64,000 nt of DNA, taken from the NCBI GenBank assembly GCA_905250005.1, contig CAJNOH010000675.1, forward strand, positions 1 to 64,000, written 5' to 3'. Below, piece after piece: positions 46,170 to 57,709 of the stretch. The stretch is from Rotaria sordida (lineage: Eukaryota). A model generated the notes under the pieces. The model did not search any database. It saw only the letters and a program-made list of their open reading frames with translations, and was not told where the DNA came from. A program made the translations under genes and the position numbers. The stretch's first letter is position 1. Each line of letters starts with the position of its first letter.

Positions 46170-46511
46170 ATGAAGGCAAAATTAATATTTCTTGTTGGTC
46201 TTCTAACCGTATTGTTTTTATTTCATTTCAATACTGTTGAATCAACAATATTCACAAATAGTGATGAACCATGGGATGATACCAGTTCTGAAGATTCATA
46301 TGAATTAGATAAACGTCTTACAGCGGCTAAATTTGCTAGTGGTCTTGGCAAACGTTTAACATCAGCAAAATTTGCTAGCGGTCTTGGCAAACGTTTAGCA
46401 TCAGCAAAATTTGCTAGTGGTCTTGGCAAACGTTTAGCATCAGCTAAATTTGCTTCTGGTTTGGGTAAACGACTTGCATCAGCTAAATTTGCATCGGGAT
46501 TGGGCAAATAA
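46170..46511 (+). CDS. neuropeptide prohormone, intronless: signal peptide + acidic spacer + 5 tandem L[TA][AS]AKFASGL-G-(KR) units
   Basis: Sequence is MKAKLIFLVGLLTVLFLFHFNTVES | TIFTNSDEPWDDTSSEDSYELD KR LTAAKFASGLG KR LTSAKFASGLG KR LASAKFASGLG KR LASAKFASGLG KR LASAKFASGLG K*. Dibasic cleavage sites plus a C-terminal Gly predict five -ASGL-amide decapeptides. A TATA-like ttttataa lies at 46153-46160 and an AATAAA at 46592. Confidence 0.85.
   Translation: MKAKLIFLVGLLTVLFLFHFNTVESTIFTNSDEPWDDTSSEDSYELDKRLTAAKFASGLGKRLTSAKFASGLGKRLASAKFASGLGKRLASAKFASGLGKRLASAKFASGLGK
46313..46507 (+). repeat. 39-nt tandem repeat x5 inside neuropeptide CDS (one unit per peptide copy)
   Basis: Five nearly identical units aaacg(t/a)tta(ac/gc)atcagc(a/t)aaatttgc(t/a)(a/t)g(t/c)ggt(c/t)t(t/g)gg(c/t). 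The first unit begins aaacgtcttacagcggct. Confidence 0.85.
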
Positions 46512-46591
46512 GCAAAAATGAAAAACATTTTCTTTTTTTTTTTCCTCATGTGAATATGGACAAGCAATGGAATTATATTTCCTTCAATCAA

Positions 46592-46597
46592 AATAAA
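46592..46597 (+). promoter_or_regulatory. polyadenylation signal AATAAA of the neuropeptide gene
   Basis: AATAAA lies 81 nt after the stop codon. Confidence 0.5.
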
Positions 46598-47000
46598 AAT
46601 AGAAAAAATTTTATTGATTGTTGCTTAGTTTTGTGTAATTCATCATGCATAGGAACGCGAAATATTTAATAAAGAATGGTCTATGTGGAAGATGCATTTA
46701 CTTTTTTGTTTTTTATATTCACAACTAATTGATAGTTTCAATGATTGATTAAACCGATGACGGGTCTATATTGAAAATATCATTCATTCATTTTGAATCT
46801 TAACGACGAGGTCATCGTCTCTTCTTTATCATATATATATATATAAATATGTCCATTTTTTTTTATTTAAATGTATTCTTTCATTGGTCTTTCTCTATAA
46901 TGCATTGAACCGTAACGGTGATAGTAAATGTATGAGAGTCTATAACATTTTTATTATCGATTTTCATTGATACATACGTATAAATTAAAAAATACAACAA

Positions 47001-47294
47001 ATGTCCTATCGTTTTATATATCCAAATGGAGGAAATCCAACAATTGGTTATGGTATTGATCCAACATTTATGTCAACTGGATATCCAAATATATATAATG
47101 ATCCTCAAAGATTTTATTCACCGGAATCATATTCATCGGATAGTGATAGTAGTGATGATTATGAATATGAAGGTCGAATGATTACACGTGAAACAAAATG
47201 TCTACAAGATATAGTTCGTGCATCAACTCCACCACCGATTATTAAACGAGTTGTTGAACGAGCTCCAACACCTGAACCAGCTATGATGGAACGA
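47001..47294 (+). CDS. proline-rich repeat protein, exon 1
   Basis: ATG, then MSYRFIYPNGGNPTIGYGIDP...DSDSSDDYEYEGRMITRETKCLQDIVRASTPPPIIKRVVERAPTPEPAMMER, then a GTAAGC donor. The track ORF reads on through the intron. Confidence 0.6.
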
Positions 47295-47359
47295 GTAAGC
47301 AACAATGAAAAAGAAAAATTATATTTTCTTATTCTTTTCTATTATTATCTTATTTTCAG

Positions 47360-47484
47360 GTTATTATTCGACCACAAGCTCAGGAAATTGTTGAACGTGT
47401 TATTGAACAATCACATACACCACCACCACGTCTTATACAAAAAGAAATGCAAGAAGAAGCACCACCACCAATTGTACGAACACG
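47360..47484 (+). CDS. proline-rich repeat protein, exon 2
   Basis: Encodes VIIRPQAQEIVERVIEQSHTPPPRLIQKEMQEEAPPPIVRT(R), a repeat of the xIVERVxE..TPxP motif from exon 1. The donor is GTAATT. Confidence 0.6.
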
Positions 47485-47544
47485 GTAATTTTTTTTTTAA
47501 TCATTTTAAGTTTTATCCTAAGAAAAAAAAAATTTATTTATTAG

Positions 47545-48094
47545 TATTATTAAAGTCGATCGTCCACTTTGTAATGGTTATAATCAATCAGGTTCACCAT
47601 ATAATCAATTATCATCATTTTCTAATGATGCTAATAATAGTTATCGATCTCAATCTATTGGCGGTTCAGTTGGACGACCAGCTGTACTTCCTAATCGAAG
47701 TTTTTCATCATCATCAAGTTTTGAATATATTTCATCAAAACCTATGGCATCAGTTCCACCATCATCAACAATGATACTTATGTCTGCATCACAACAAGCA
47801 CAACCTTTTGGTATTATGCAACAACCGCAACAACAAACTATGTATCGGCCATTTCATATGCCATCATCACTTCCACCACCACCATTATCATCATCTTTTA
47901 TTCCTCAAAATTATACATATCCTGTACATCATCCTGGTATGTCATTTGGTTATCGTCCAATGATGCAACCAGGTCGAATGATTCCAAATGTTATGCCAAT
48001 GATGACAGCTATGAATACATTTGGTATACCAACAAATAATTTTCCAAATCAATCAACATTATTTAATCCAATGATTCAACCATTAGTTTATTAA
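47545..48094 (+). CDS. proline-rich repeat protein, exon 3 (stop TAA)
   Basis: Joins in frame to track ORF 47744-48094. Encodes IIKVDRPLCNGYNQSGSPYNQ...MASVPPSSTMILMSASQQAQPFGIMQQPQQQTMYRPFHMPSSLPPPPLSSSFIPQNYTYPVHHPGMSFGYRPMMQPGRMIPNVMPMMTAM...IQPLVY*. Confidence 0.6.
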
Positions 48095-48748
48095 AAAAAA
48101 TAACATCATTTGACATGAACTATACATAGTCAGATAATAGGACTATACATTTCATTCTTCCTTTTTTTTTGTTTTTTTTTTTTTGATGTATTATTATTAC
48201 TATTATAGTTCATTTGTAGAAGAATATTCATGTTCAAAAATTAGATCTTATTATAAATAAATAAAAAAAAAACTTTATGATTTTTTTTCGTTTCAATAAA
48301 AAAAATGGTTATTTATAGAATTCGTTATGAGAACAATATACTTGTTTTTTTTTGCATTTCTATTCTGATATAATGAAAGATTTTATAAGATTTCTTTAAT
48401 TAACAACTGAAAAACAAACTTCGTATTTGATGTAGAAATTGCATTATCTCATTTTTGTCCGTCATCTATAGATGTCGTTTTAGATAAAATTAAAACTAAA
48501 AAATTAAATATTTCCTATTAATTTTCAAAACATTATCTTCTAAAAATTTAATTTTATTTCATAATATTTGATTTTAATTGTCTCTGCCTCATTATTTAAT
48601 TCAATATGAGTGAATTGTTCAACGAAACAATATGGTCGTATAATCGACAACTAATATTCTTTGTTTGTTTGTTTTATTCTCTATTATATATACATTCAAA
48701 CACTCGTCTAATCTCCTTTCTCTCTATTCAATATACATTATTATAATC

Positions 48749-48815
48749 ATGCCAGCTACACGTGATGATGATGTTTATCAAGCTAAATTAGCTGAACAAG
48801 CTGAACGTTATGAAG
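48749..48815 (+). CDS. YWHAE: 14-3-3 epsilon, exon 1/5
   Basis: Encodes [22 protein letters not shown] (human [22 protein letters not shown]). The donor is GTAAAA. Confidence 0.88.
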
Positions 48816-48887
48816 GTAAAAAAATAAAATAAAATAAATTTGATTAATTAGAAAAATATTAAATAAAATTTATAATTTAAAAAATAG

Positions 48888-49087
48888 AAATGGTTGATTC
48901 TATGAAACGAGTAGCAAAAATGGATCAAGAATTAACAGTTGAAGAACGTAATTTATTATCTGTTGCTTATAAAAATTTAATTGGTGCACGACGAGCATCA
49001 TGGCGTATAATTACAAATATTGAAAGTAAAGAAGAAACTAAAGCAGGAAATAGTAAAACTGCATTAACTAAAAAATATCGTTCTCAG
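48888..49087 (+). CDS. YWHAE: 14-3-3 epsilon, exon 2
   Basis: Encodes [67 protein letters not shown]. The donor is GTTTGT. Confidence 0.9.
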
Positions 49088-49150
49088 GTTTGTTATTAAA
49101 TATAATAGATTTTTTTTGTTTTTATTTTTATATCGAATTATAATTTAAAG

Positions 49151-49477
49151 GTTGAAAAAGAATTACGTGATATATGTCAAGATATTCTTGATTTACTTGA
49201 TAAACATCTTTTACCAAATGCAGCATCAGGTGAAAGTAAAGTATTTTACTTAAAAATGAAAGGTGATTATCATCGATATAAAGCTGAATTTGCTACACAA
49301 GATGATCGTAAAGAAGCTGCTGAAAGTTCTCTTATTGCATATACAAAAGCTAATGATATAGCACAAAATGAATTACCACCAACACATCCAATAAGACTTG
49401 GTTTAGCATTAAATTTTTCGGTATTTTATTATGAAATTTTAAATACACCAGAACGTGCTTGTCGATTAGCTAAACAA
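49151..49477 (+). CDS. YWHAE: 14-3-3 epsilon, exon 3
   Basis: Encodes [109 protein letters not shown], near-identical to vertebrate 14-3-3 epsilon. Confidence 0.92.
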
Positions 49478-49539
49478 GTAAGAATTTGTTTTTTTGTTTT
49501 ATTTGTAATATTTTACAAAATTTAATTTAATCTTTTTAG

Positions 49540-49594
49540 GCTTTCGATGATGCAATTGCTGAATTGGATACACTTAATGAAGATACATATAAAG
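49540..49594 (+). CDS. YWHAE: 14-3-3 epsilon, exon 4
   Basis: Encodes AFDDAIAELDTLNEDTYK. Confidence 0.88.
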
Positions 49595-49651
49595 GTTTGA
49601 ATAAAAAAATAAAACTTTTTTCTTTATGTTTTTTTTTCTTTCTTTAAATAG

Positions 49652-49770
49652 ATTCAACATTGATTATGCAACTTTTACGTGACAATCTCACATTGTGGAC
49701 AACCGATATGCCTGGTGATAATGATAATGGCCAGAATGAAGTACAAGATGTTGATGATGAACAAAAGTGA
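49652..49770 (+). CDS. YWHAE: 14-3-3 epsilon, exon 5 (stop TGA 49768-49770)
   Basis: Encodes [39 protein letters not shown]. The total is 255 codons, the same length as 14-3-3 epsilon. Confidence 0.9.
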
Positions 49771-52700
49771 ATGAATTTTATGTTTAAAAAACAGAAAAAA
49801 AAAATAAAAACAAAATTCCTTTTTCTTTTTTTTTGTTTCGTTTCAATCTCTCACATTTCTTTTTTTTTTTTTCATTTATTATAAACAACAAAAACTTCTT
49901 TTTTTTTCTTTTGTGTGTATTCTAATGTGAATCTCTTTCTATATATTGTAAAACGACGAGTGTGAGAATGATGATGATGATGATTTAATTGAAACAAACG
50001 ATTCGTGACGAGTAGACATGATTAGTCAGGAAATCTTCTCGTCTAATTCTTTTTTTTTTCTTTCTTGCTCTTCACACGCACATAAATACACATTCCTAAT
50101 TTATCTTTCAATTGACAAATCTTTTATGCGATTATGTACACTTTCTGCACATCAACATAAATCTTCGTCTTTTCGTTTTGTCTTCATGTATTCCAATATA
50201 TATATATATATATATAAATAAATGAGTGTGTCGCTATGTTATCACCAATGCTTTGCAGTTATCACATTCAATTTTCGTTTTTCTATTGAATAAAATACAA
50301 TAAAAAGAAAAACATATATATATATATATATATAGGACTGATCAAAAATAAAAGAACAACTTAGTTTTGATTATGATCTACTAAAAGTTTTCTATACGAA
50401 ATGTTTATAGATGAGGACTATAAGAAAAAGGTTTGCGCAAAAACCCAAATATAATAGTTTTCAGGTGCCCGAAGACTACGTGAAAATTAGTTTGTTAAGG
50501 GTATGAACAAAATGAGAGGTTACCACGTTTTTCACGGTCTTTCCTTCGAAAGTTATAACCATTATCAAAGAAAATTCAATTTTTTGTTTTTGTATTTTTG
50601 ACTGGAACTGTATATGAAAAGAATTACTTGAGAAATATTTTCGATTGGAACCTGAATTCCCAACGGGTCTACTTTTCGTAGGCTGGATCAAATGTTTTAT
50701 CCAAATTTTGGACGATTTAAAAGTCCACCGATTTTCAGAGGACTTCTGCTCTTCGACTCCCACACTATATAAAACACTGGCTAAATCTGTTCATGTATTA
50801 TTTGTTTCTAATATACTAATACACATTTCAAAAAAGAAAAAGGATGTATATTTTTTGAATAAATTTTGATAGAAACTAGATAGAGAGATTTGGTTTTCAC
50901 TGTTTAAAAGAGGAGATGAAACTGCATTGAATAGTCTATATCAGATTTTTCTGAGAAATATTCTCAGAGTCTCTCGTCAATTTTTTCATGATAATATGTA
51001 TAACTCATGATTGGCTAAAGCTTACAACATCGGACTTACAGAATTTATAGAACATCAGTTAACGATTCTAGTGCATTCTTGAAAATTGGGATCGTAAAAG
51101 TTTTATATTAAATAATCTTTTGTATTTAACAAACTTGATGGTAGACTCTGAGGAAACTTGTTTACAAAAAAAATCTGATATAGACGATTCGATGCGGTTT
51201 CATCTCTTCTGTTAAACGATGAAAACCGAACTTCTCTAACTAGTTTCTATCAAAAGTTATTCAAAACATATCCATCCTTTTTCTTTTTTTGAAATGGATA
51301 TTAGTATTATGATGGTAATTGAATGAAAACAGAAGGCTTTCTTTAGAAAATGACATAACTTTACGAAAGACTTATTGATTTAAGCAGATTCTAGTCCTTT
51401 CCGGACATCAAAATTTCAGACTTTTCCAGCCGTTACATAGCTTGAAGTGTCGTTTGATTGTTGAGCTTATGTAGAAAAATTTTAATTTACTTTTGTTAAT
51501 ATCAATTTTCTTCATAGAAATTTCGAAGTTTTCACTCAGATATTGCAACTAATACCGCTGAAACTTTTTCCGAGACATCTTTGAATAAATTAGGATAGGC
51601 TTTTTTTCTTTTTCTCGAAAAATATGATACTGATGAATTTTGACAGATCTTACAAAGAACATGGTTTTTTTTCATAGGACTTTGAAAAATTTGTCTCTCC
51701 TCAGCCAACAATTCAATTAATAGACGGTGGTTTTTTTTCTGTGTTGAAAATTTAAATGAATAAACTCAATAGTCTATTTGAACCTCTGATGTAAACCTTT
51801 TCCCATAATAGAAAACCTCCATTAGTGAATTAATTTCTCGCAAAATTGAAATTTTAATTAGTATATTCACACTAAAAAAAAAATGTGTAATGTTTTGATT
51901 TTTTGAACTAACAAATTCTCAAAATAGTTTTAACTCTTTCGAAAAGAAAAAAAAAATGAAATATGATTACTGTAAAGAAAATAAATTCTCTAAATAGAAC
52001 TCATTGTCTTTTTAAATAATCGATCGATTGGATTTTAGTTTTCAATAAACAGAAATCGATATTACAAAAGAAAAAAAAAAAAAAAGCTCATTATCTATCT
52101 ATAACATCTCTTTATAGACAATAGCTAATCTGAGTCATTCAATTCCAAGTGAAGTATCTTCTTGCATAAACTCAAGTTCACTTTACTTATCAATTGAAGC
52201 AATTAACACATCATATTTCTTTTTATATCAACTGACGGCTGTTCTTATGATGTAATTATTGTGTTCTATGGAAAAAAAAAAAATTAATCTTCTGATATTA
52301 TCATCGATAGGATTCTTCTTTTCTTATCAGAAAATATCATCTATTAAGTTTTTCTTTTTTCTTTAAAATTTATTTTAAATAAATTAGTTGATTATAGTAT
52401 TTTAAAAAATATTCTTTTTCTATTTTACCATTATGTTAATTAAACAAATAATAAAATGAAATACTTTTAAAAATTTCGAATTTATTGACCTGTGAAAATC
52501 ACTTTATATCAGTCAAGTGAATCGATTCTTATCTTTTTTGCTTTTCATATGTTCAGGTCATACAAGCATATGCAATTTAGATCGATAAAACCGCTATTTG
52601 CTTTCTATTCATCATCTTTTTTTTCTATCATATTGTTAATAATCTATCCTTGAATGATGATTATTCTTTCTCATTCCTAATATTCATCATATCAAATAAC

Positions 52701-55700
52701 TACATATGTTCAAAAATGTATATTTGTCTATGCCAATATTATAATAACTTAAAATAAAATGTATAAATAAATATATATATATATATGTAAATATGTATTC
52801 GTTTGATATTGACTAATATGAAAAAAAAAAAACTAAATCTTACACATGTAAAATTGTTCATAAGGCTAAAAATATAGTCGACATTCATAAGAAAAAAAGT
52901 CTATCTATATAATCGTCGTTATTGTCTTTCAGTGACATTTTGTCTAGTTTGTACACGACTCCAGGCAACCTATGTTTGACTACTATCATCGTAAGCGACC
53001 TCCCGCTATTATTAACATCGGAAGCGCAATATATCTCAAATGTTAGGCGATTACATATGTGTATATGTCGAAATAAACGGTGTTATAAATAATTACATCA
53101 ATTATCATAGACGTATATATATATATATATATATATCGATTAAAACAAACCGCTTTGTCAAATCAATGTAATAAAGAAAAGCATTTAAATAATCGTTTTA
53201 AAACGTGCCTTGATACAGTTGAGTCAAGCGTATAAAAATCGATTTATAAATTACATGAATAAAACAAAAAAGAAAAAGAAATTGTCAAGAAATAAGTCAA
53301 AATTTGTTTACAAGAAAATTTTACTAGTAAGTTAATATTATTATTATTATTATTATTATTAACTGTATGCCATGACAAGAAAAATTTATCATATACTAAC
53401 AAATTTCAAAATTAATCCATCTTCAAAAAATGTTGCATGCAATGTCGCGACGATGAGATCGAACTCAATTGACTACAAACTTTAATGATCTAACAGCACG
53501 CTATGCCAGTAGTGCTACTGTCATATGCACTCTTGAGATATTTGAGAAGAAGAAAAAAAAATAAAAATGGGTGTGTATATATACATGCCACTCGAACATC
53601 AATGATTGAACAGCACAGTAGGGCAGCCAAAAGAAAGAGAGATGAGAGAACGGAAGAAGAAGGAGAAGGAGAAGGGAACTATGTTAAAAAAAAATCATCT
53701 TCCTTTGTATGTCAGTCATTCTATTAAGATACAATAGAAATATGAATATATATATATATATATTATAAAATAATCAAATGTATGTCTCAAATGTATTTAC
53801 ATTTTAATAGTAAATACACATGCAATTGTCTTTGTACGATTGATTAGATGTGTGACGAGAAAAAGTAAGTTTGCTTGAATAGAAGTTTTGAACATATGTT
53901 CTTTATTCTTTTACTATCAAAAAATAATTGTCAGAAGAAGAAGGTATTATTAATAGAAGTTATACATTGCTTCTTCTGTAAATTTTTTCTTTTAAGCGGA
54001 TCCAATTAATAGGAAAAGAAAGAGGTCAAGTGGAATATGATAGTGAATAGGTTTGAACAGGTGGACTCATTAGATTATTTGTGTTATGTTTTAGTATAGT
54101 GGAAGATGATGAAGTGTGTTTGTCTAATTTGAAAAGATCGGCTTTTTTTTTGTTGCTAGTAACGCTTAAATGTAATAAAAGTGAAGAGGGTGTTTTTATT
54201 CTATAAATATATATGTAAGTACTGTTTAATTTATAATGAACAATCAGCTGTTTTAGTTCTTTTTTTTCTGTGTATATTTAGAATTGTTAATCATTCATCT
54301 TTTTTTATTTTATTTATTTAACACAAATCTTATTGACAAGGTCATTATTGACATATTTGATGGTGCAAGAAGTTTAATTAAGAAAGGAAATAGATGTAGA
54401 ATCTTTTTCTTTTCTATTTTCTTTTTTTTACCAGAATGGAATATAGATACATATACCCTGGAGTGTTTATATTCGTGTTTCTTTTTTTATCATATTAAAT
54501 CATTGAAAAATTCATATATATTGTCGATTATCTTTTTTCATTGAGATGTATGTTGTATCGTTTATTTATACATTGACCACACGTCATTTATAAGTGTAGC
54601 CTTAGAAAAGTTAGCAATAGTCACCATTTGCCTTGCCTACTTTATAATTGAAAAGTTTCGATTTAATTCATTTTATCTCAATTGTTATGAATGAGCCTTT
54701 TACATTAAGAGTAAAAGTGAATGGTCATTTAATGACATCGGGCAAGTTGACATATACATATAATGTATATCAGTATGTAAAAGAAAAAAAAATGAATTGA
54801 GGTCAAGCAGATGGTTAAGACGGAAATTGTGGTTATTATTTTTTTTTTGTTTTTGAGAATGAATAATTATTGAAAAAAGTGTTAAAAAAGTATAATGATA
54901 ACTTCAAAAGAATGAACAGTTCTTTTGAGATTAATCATTAACACAGCTGTAGTCACGCTTTATATACTTGCATTTGAAATTGAGCTGAATATATATGTAT
55001 ACGTTTTTTTTCTTATTTCTTCTATGTTAGATGAAGAACAACTATTCAAGAGGGAATTATCTTTCGTTTCACTTCATTTCTCTATTTGCTTATTTCACAT
55101 CTCTTATGTTGATGTTTTTATGTTAATCATCACATACATACATATTTATTGACAGCAATGTTTGCTTCTTTTATCATAGAATCTGATGAAATATCATCCG
55201 TTCATAATCATAAGCCTCATTTATATCGTCTAGTAGAATAACAAGAAGAAAAAAAAATGTCAGCTTTTCTTAAATTAGATTTACTAACTGTTTCTGTCAT
55301 TAGTATTAAAGCAAATAGATAAATCTTTGAACGTCCGACATATATCTTGAACATCGATTGAATTGTATTGATAAGATAGAAAGAACAAGTCAATGTGAAT
55401 CAAGGTCGGTTGGCGCTTCTCTCTTTTTCTTTCCATCGATTAGTATCACTGATTTAAGTATACATGATGCAACCGAATACTATCGACAAGGTGTTTTCTT
55501 TTTGACTGTTTTTTTTTTAATTGTCGACATAGCTTAGTAACATTACAATTTTAGATATATTAATAAAAAAAAATCTTTTCATCATCATCTTTCTTGGTTA
55601 TTACATAAGACTATTTGAATTAATTTATATTACTATTGTATTTGTATGTAGACAACATACAAGCATGCAGCGTACGTAATTACTTTATTATAAGAGAATG

Positions 55701-55791
55701 TCGAACACTTCTATTATTCAAATACATTCAAAGATTATGTTTTTTATTTGTCTGTACAATATCTATTTGATATATATATATACATTTTCAG

Positions 55792-56616
55792 ATGATGTTT
55801 ATCTTATTCATTTTCTTTCTTATCCATAAAAGTCAATCATTAGAATGGAATTGTACTGAAACTAAACATTATCTTTTTTTGAATGATCAAATATATGAAC
55901 AGTGTACAATTACAATTGAATATATATCATTAGAACAACAACAACAACAACAACAATATAAACAAATATGTATAACACATAGTTTATCAATAAAAACTCT
56001 TCCACCAATATCATTTTTATCAAATTATACAATGCATACATTTAAAATAAATTCATGTCAATTATTAACATTAAATCAATTACCATTTTTATTACCATCA
56101 TCAGTTGAAAATCTTGATTTAAGTTATAATTTATTATCAACATTTACATTATCATTTCCATTACCATCATATCTTAAATATTTACGTCTTGATCATAATC
56201 CAAATTTAATTGATATTAATTTTGGTTATAATCATATACAACAACGTTTAATTGGTCTTAGTCTTCGTCATAATAAAAATATCAAATTAACATCTTTACC
56301 AGTATATTTAAAACAACTTGATTTAACTAATTGTAATGTATTACAATCATCAATATTATCATTATTAAAAACATTAACAAAATTAACTCATTTATCATTA
56401 GCTAATAATCAATTAACACAATTACCTATAATTGATAAAAGAATACAACTTGAATATCTTAATTTATCAAATAATAATTTGACATTTATTGAAAATGAAT
56501 GGTTACATAAATCATTAAAAATACTCGATCTTAAATATAATCAATTAGAATCACTTAAATTTTTTAATCAAATATTAAAAATAAATCAAACATTAAAACA
56601 AAATAATCATAATCAA
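55792..56616 (+). CDS. leucine-rich-repeat transmembrane receptor-like protein, exon 1 (signal peptide + LRRs)
   Basis: Track ORF. Signal peptide MMFILFIFFLIHKSQS, then repeated LxxLxLSxNxL units (LDLSYNLLSTF, LRLDHNPNL, LDLTNCNV, LSLANNQLTQLP, LNLSNNNLTFI, LDLKYNQLESL). The donor is GTAAGT at 56617. Confidence 0.8.
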
Positions 56617-57709
56617 GTAAGTATGAAATTTATCTTTTATTTTTTTTTTTTTGATTAGAAAATTTATATTAGACAACGTATATATATATATGTTGATTTG
56701 TTACTATATCATATGAAATTCAATATGAAAATAAAATTATCTATTTTTATTAATAAAATTTAAGATGATCTAGAAAACTGAATTTGTATAATTTTATTAT
56801 TAATGATGAAATCTAATCAATTCATATCTTTCTTATATAGTAAGCACTCAAGATGATTATCTTTAGTTTTCATGTATTTTATAAGATGTTTATATTGTAT
56901 AGGTCAAGTGATATAATTTTGTAAAGCATTTTTTCGAAGGATTTTTATCTAAGAAAATTTCTTCAATGTTATCCAGGAAAATAAAATGAAATTTTTCCTA
57001 GTTAATATAACTTCATAAACTTATTCATCTTAAACTGAACATTTCATTAGTTTAATCGTAGTCTCTCAAAAGAGATACTTTTTAAATAGACATTCAGCTA
57101 TTTAAGTACTTTCATAGCTATATATAGCGGCATCAACAAGACTCATTTCGTCGATGATTAATGATGCCAAATTTTGATTTTGAAAACTTTCTGGAGCATA
57201 ATTAATCATTGAAGTTCATGTAACACTAGTTCTCAGTTGATGAACAATACTCATATTTATACAAGAAGGGTGGGTGGGTGAAGTGGGGTGTGGGTGTAAT
57301 ATTGATTAATCACCCACGCACCCAAGTTCACACTCATCCGACACTCACACCCTTCATTCCACACTTCCCCCTCCCTTGCTCGAAAAGATAAGTAACATTG
57401 AAAAAAGTCGTTCATCATCAGATTAACCGCAATATCAGTTTGTTCATTACTACTGCGAATCATTAAATATTGTTTCGATTTGAACAGCTATTCATGCTGA
57501 TGTTTACGAATATCCAATGTTAAATAGACACCACAGAACTGTTTAAATAGCTATAGATGATTTAAGTAGCTACAATTTTTTTAAAATCATTTATATTAGA
57601 TAAAAATTGCATTGTCGTTTGAGAGTAAGCCTAGTTAATTCAATGATAATTTTCTTTTTAATATCTATTAATTATTAGGAAAAGATTTTTAATGAATGAA
57701 TTTTTCTAG

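Noticed and set aside
46223-46591. 122-aa antisense ORF overlapping the neuropeptide gene
   Set aside because: It is the reverse complement of the tandem-repeat CDS and is open only because the repeat lacks stop codons in that frame. It has no signal peptide or processing sites, and the sense strand has the coherent prohormone architecture.
50476-50869. Track ORFs 50476-50763 (-) and 50645-50869 (+)
   Set aside because: No start or splice context and no protein-like composition. The region downstream of 14-3-3 looks like 3' intergenic or repeat sequence.
53440-53520. Possible tRNA or hairpin gtcgcgacgatgagatcgaactca
   Set aside because: It contains a TGAG-ATCGAAC-TCA hairpin and GCGACGA, but no complementary acceptor strand or anticodon arm at the right spacing; not a convincing tRNA.
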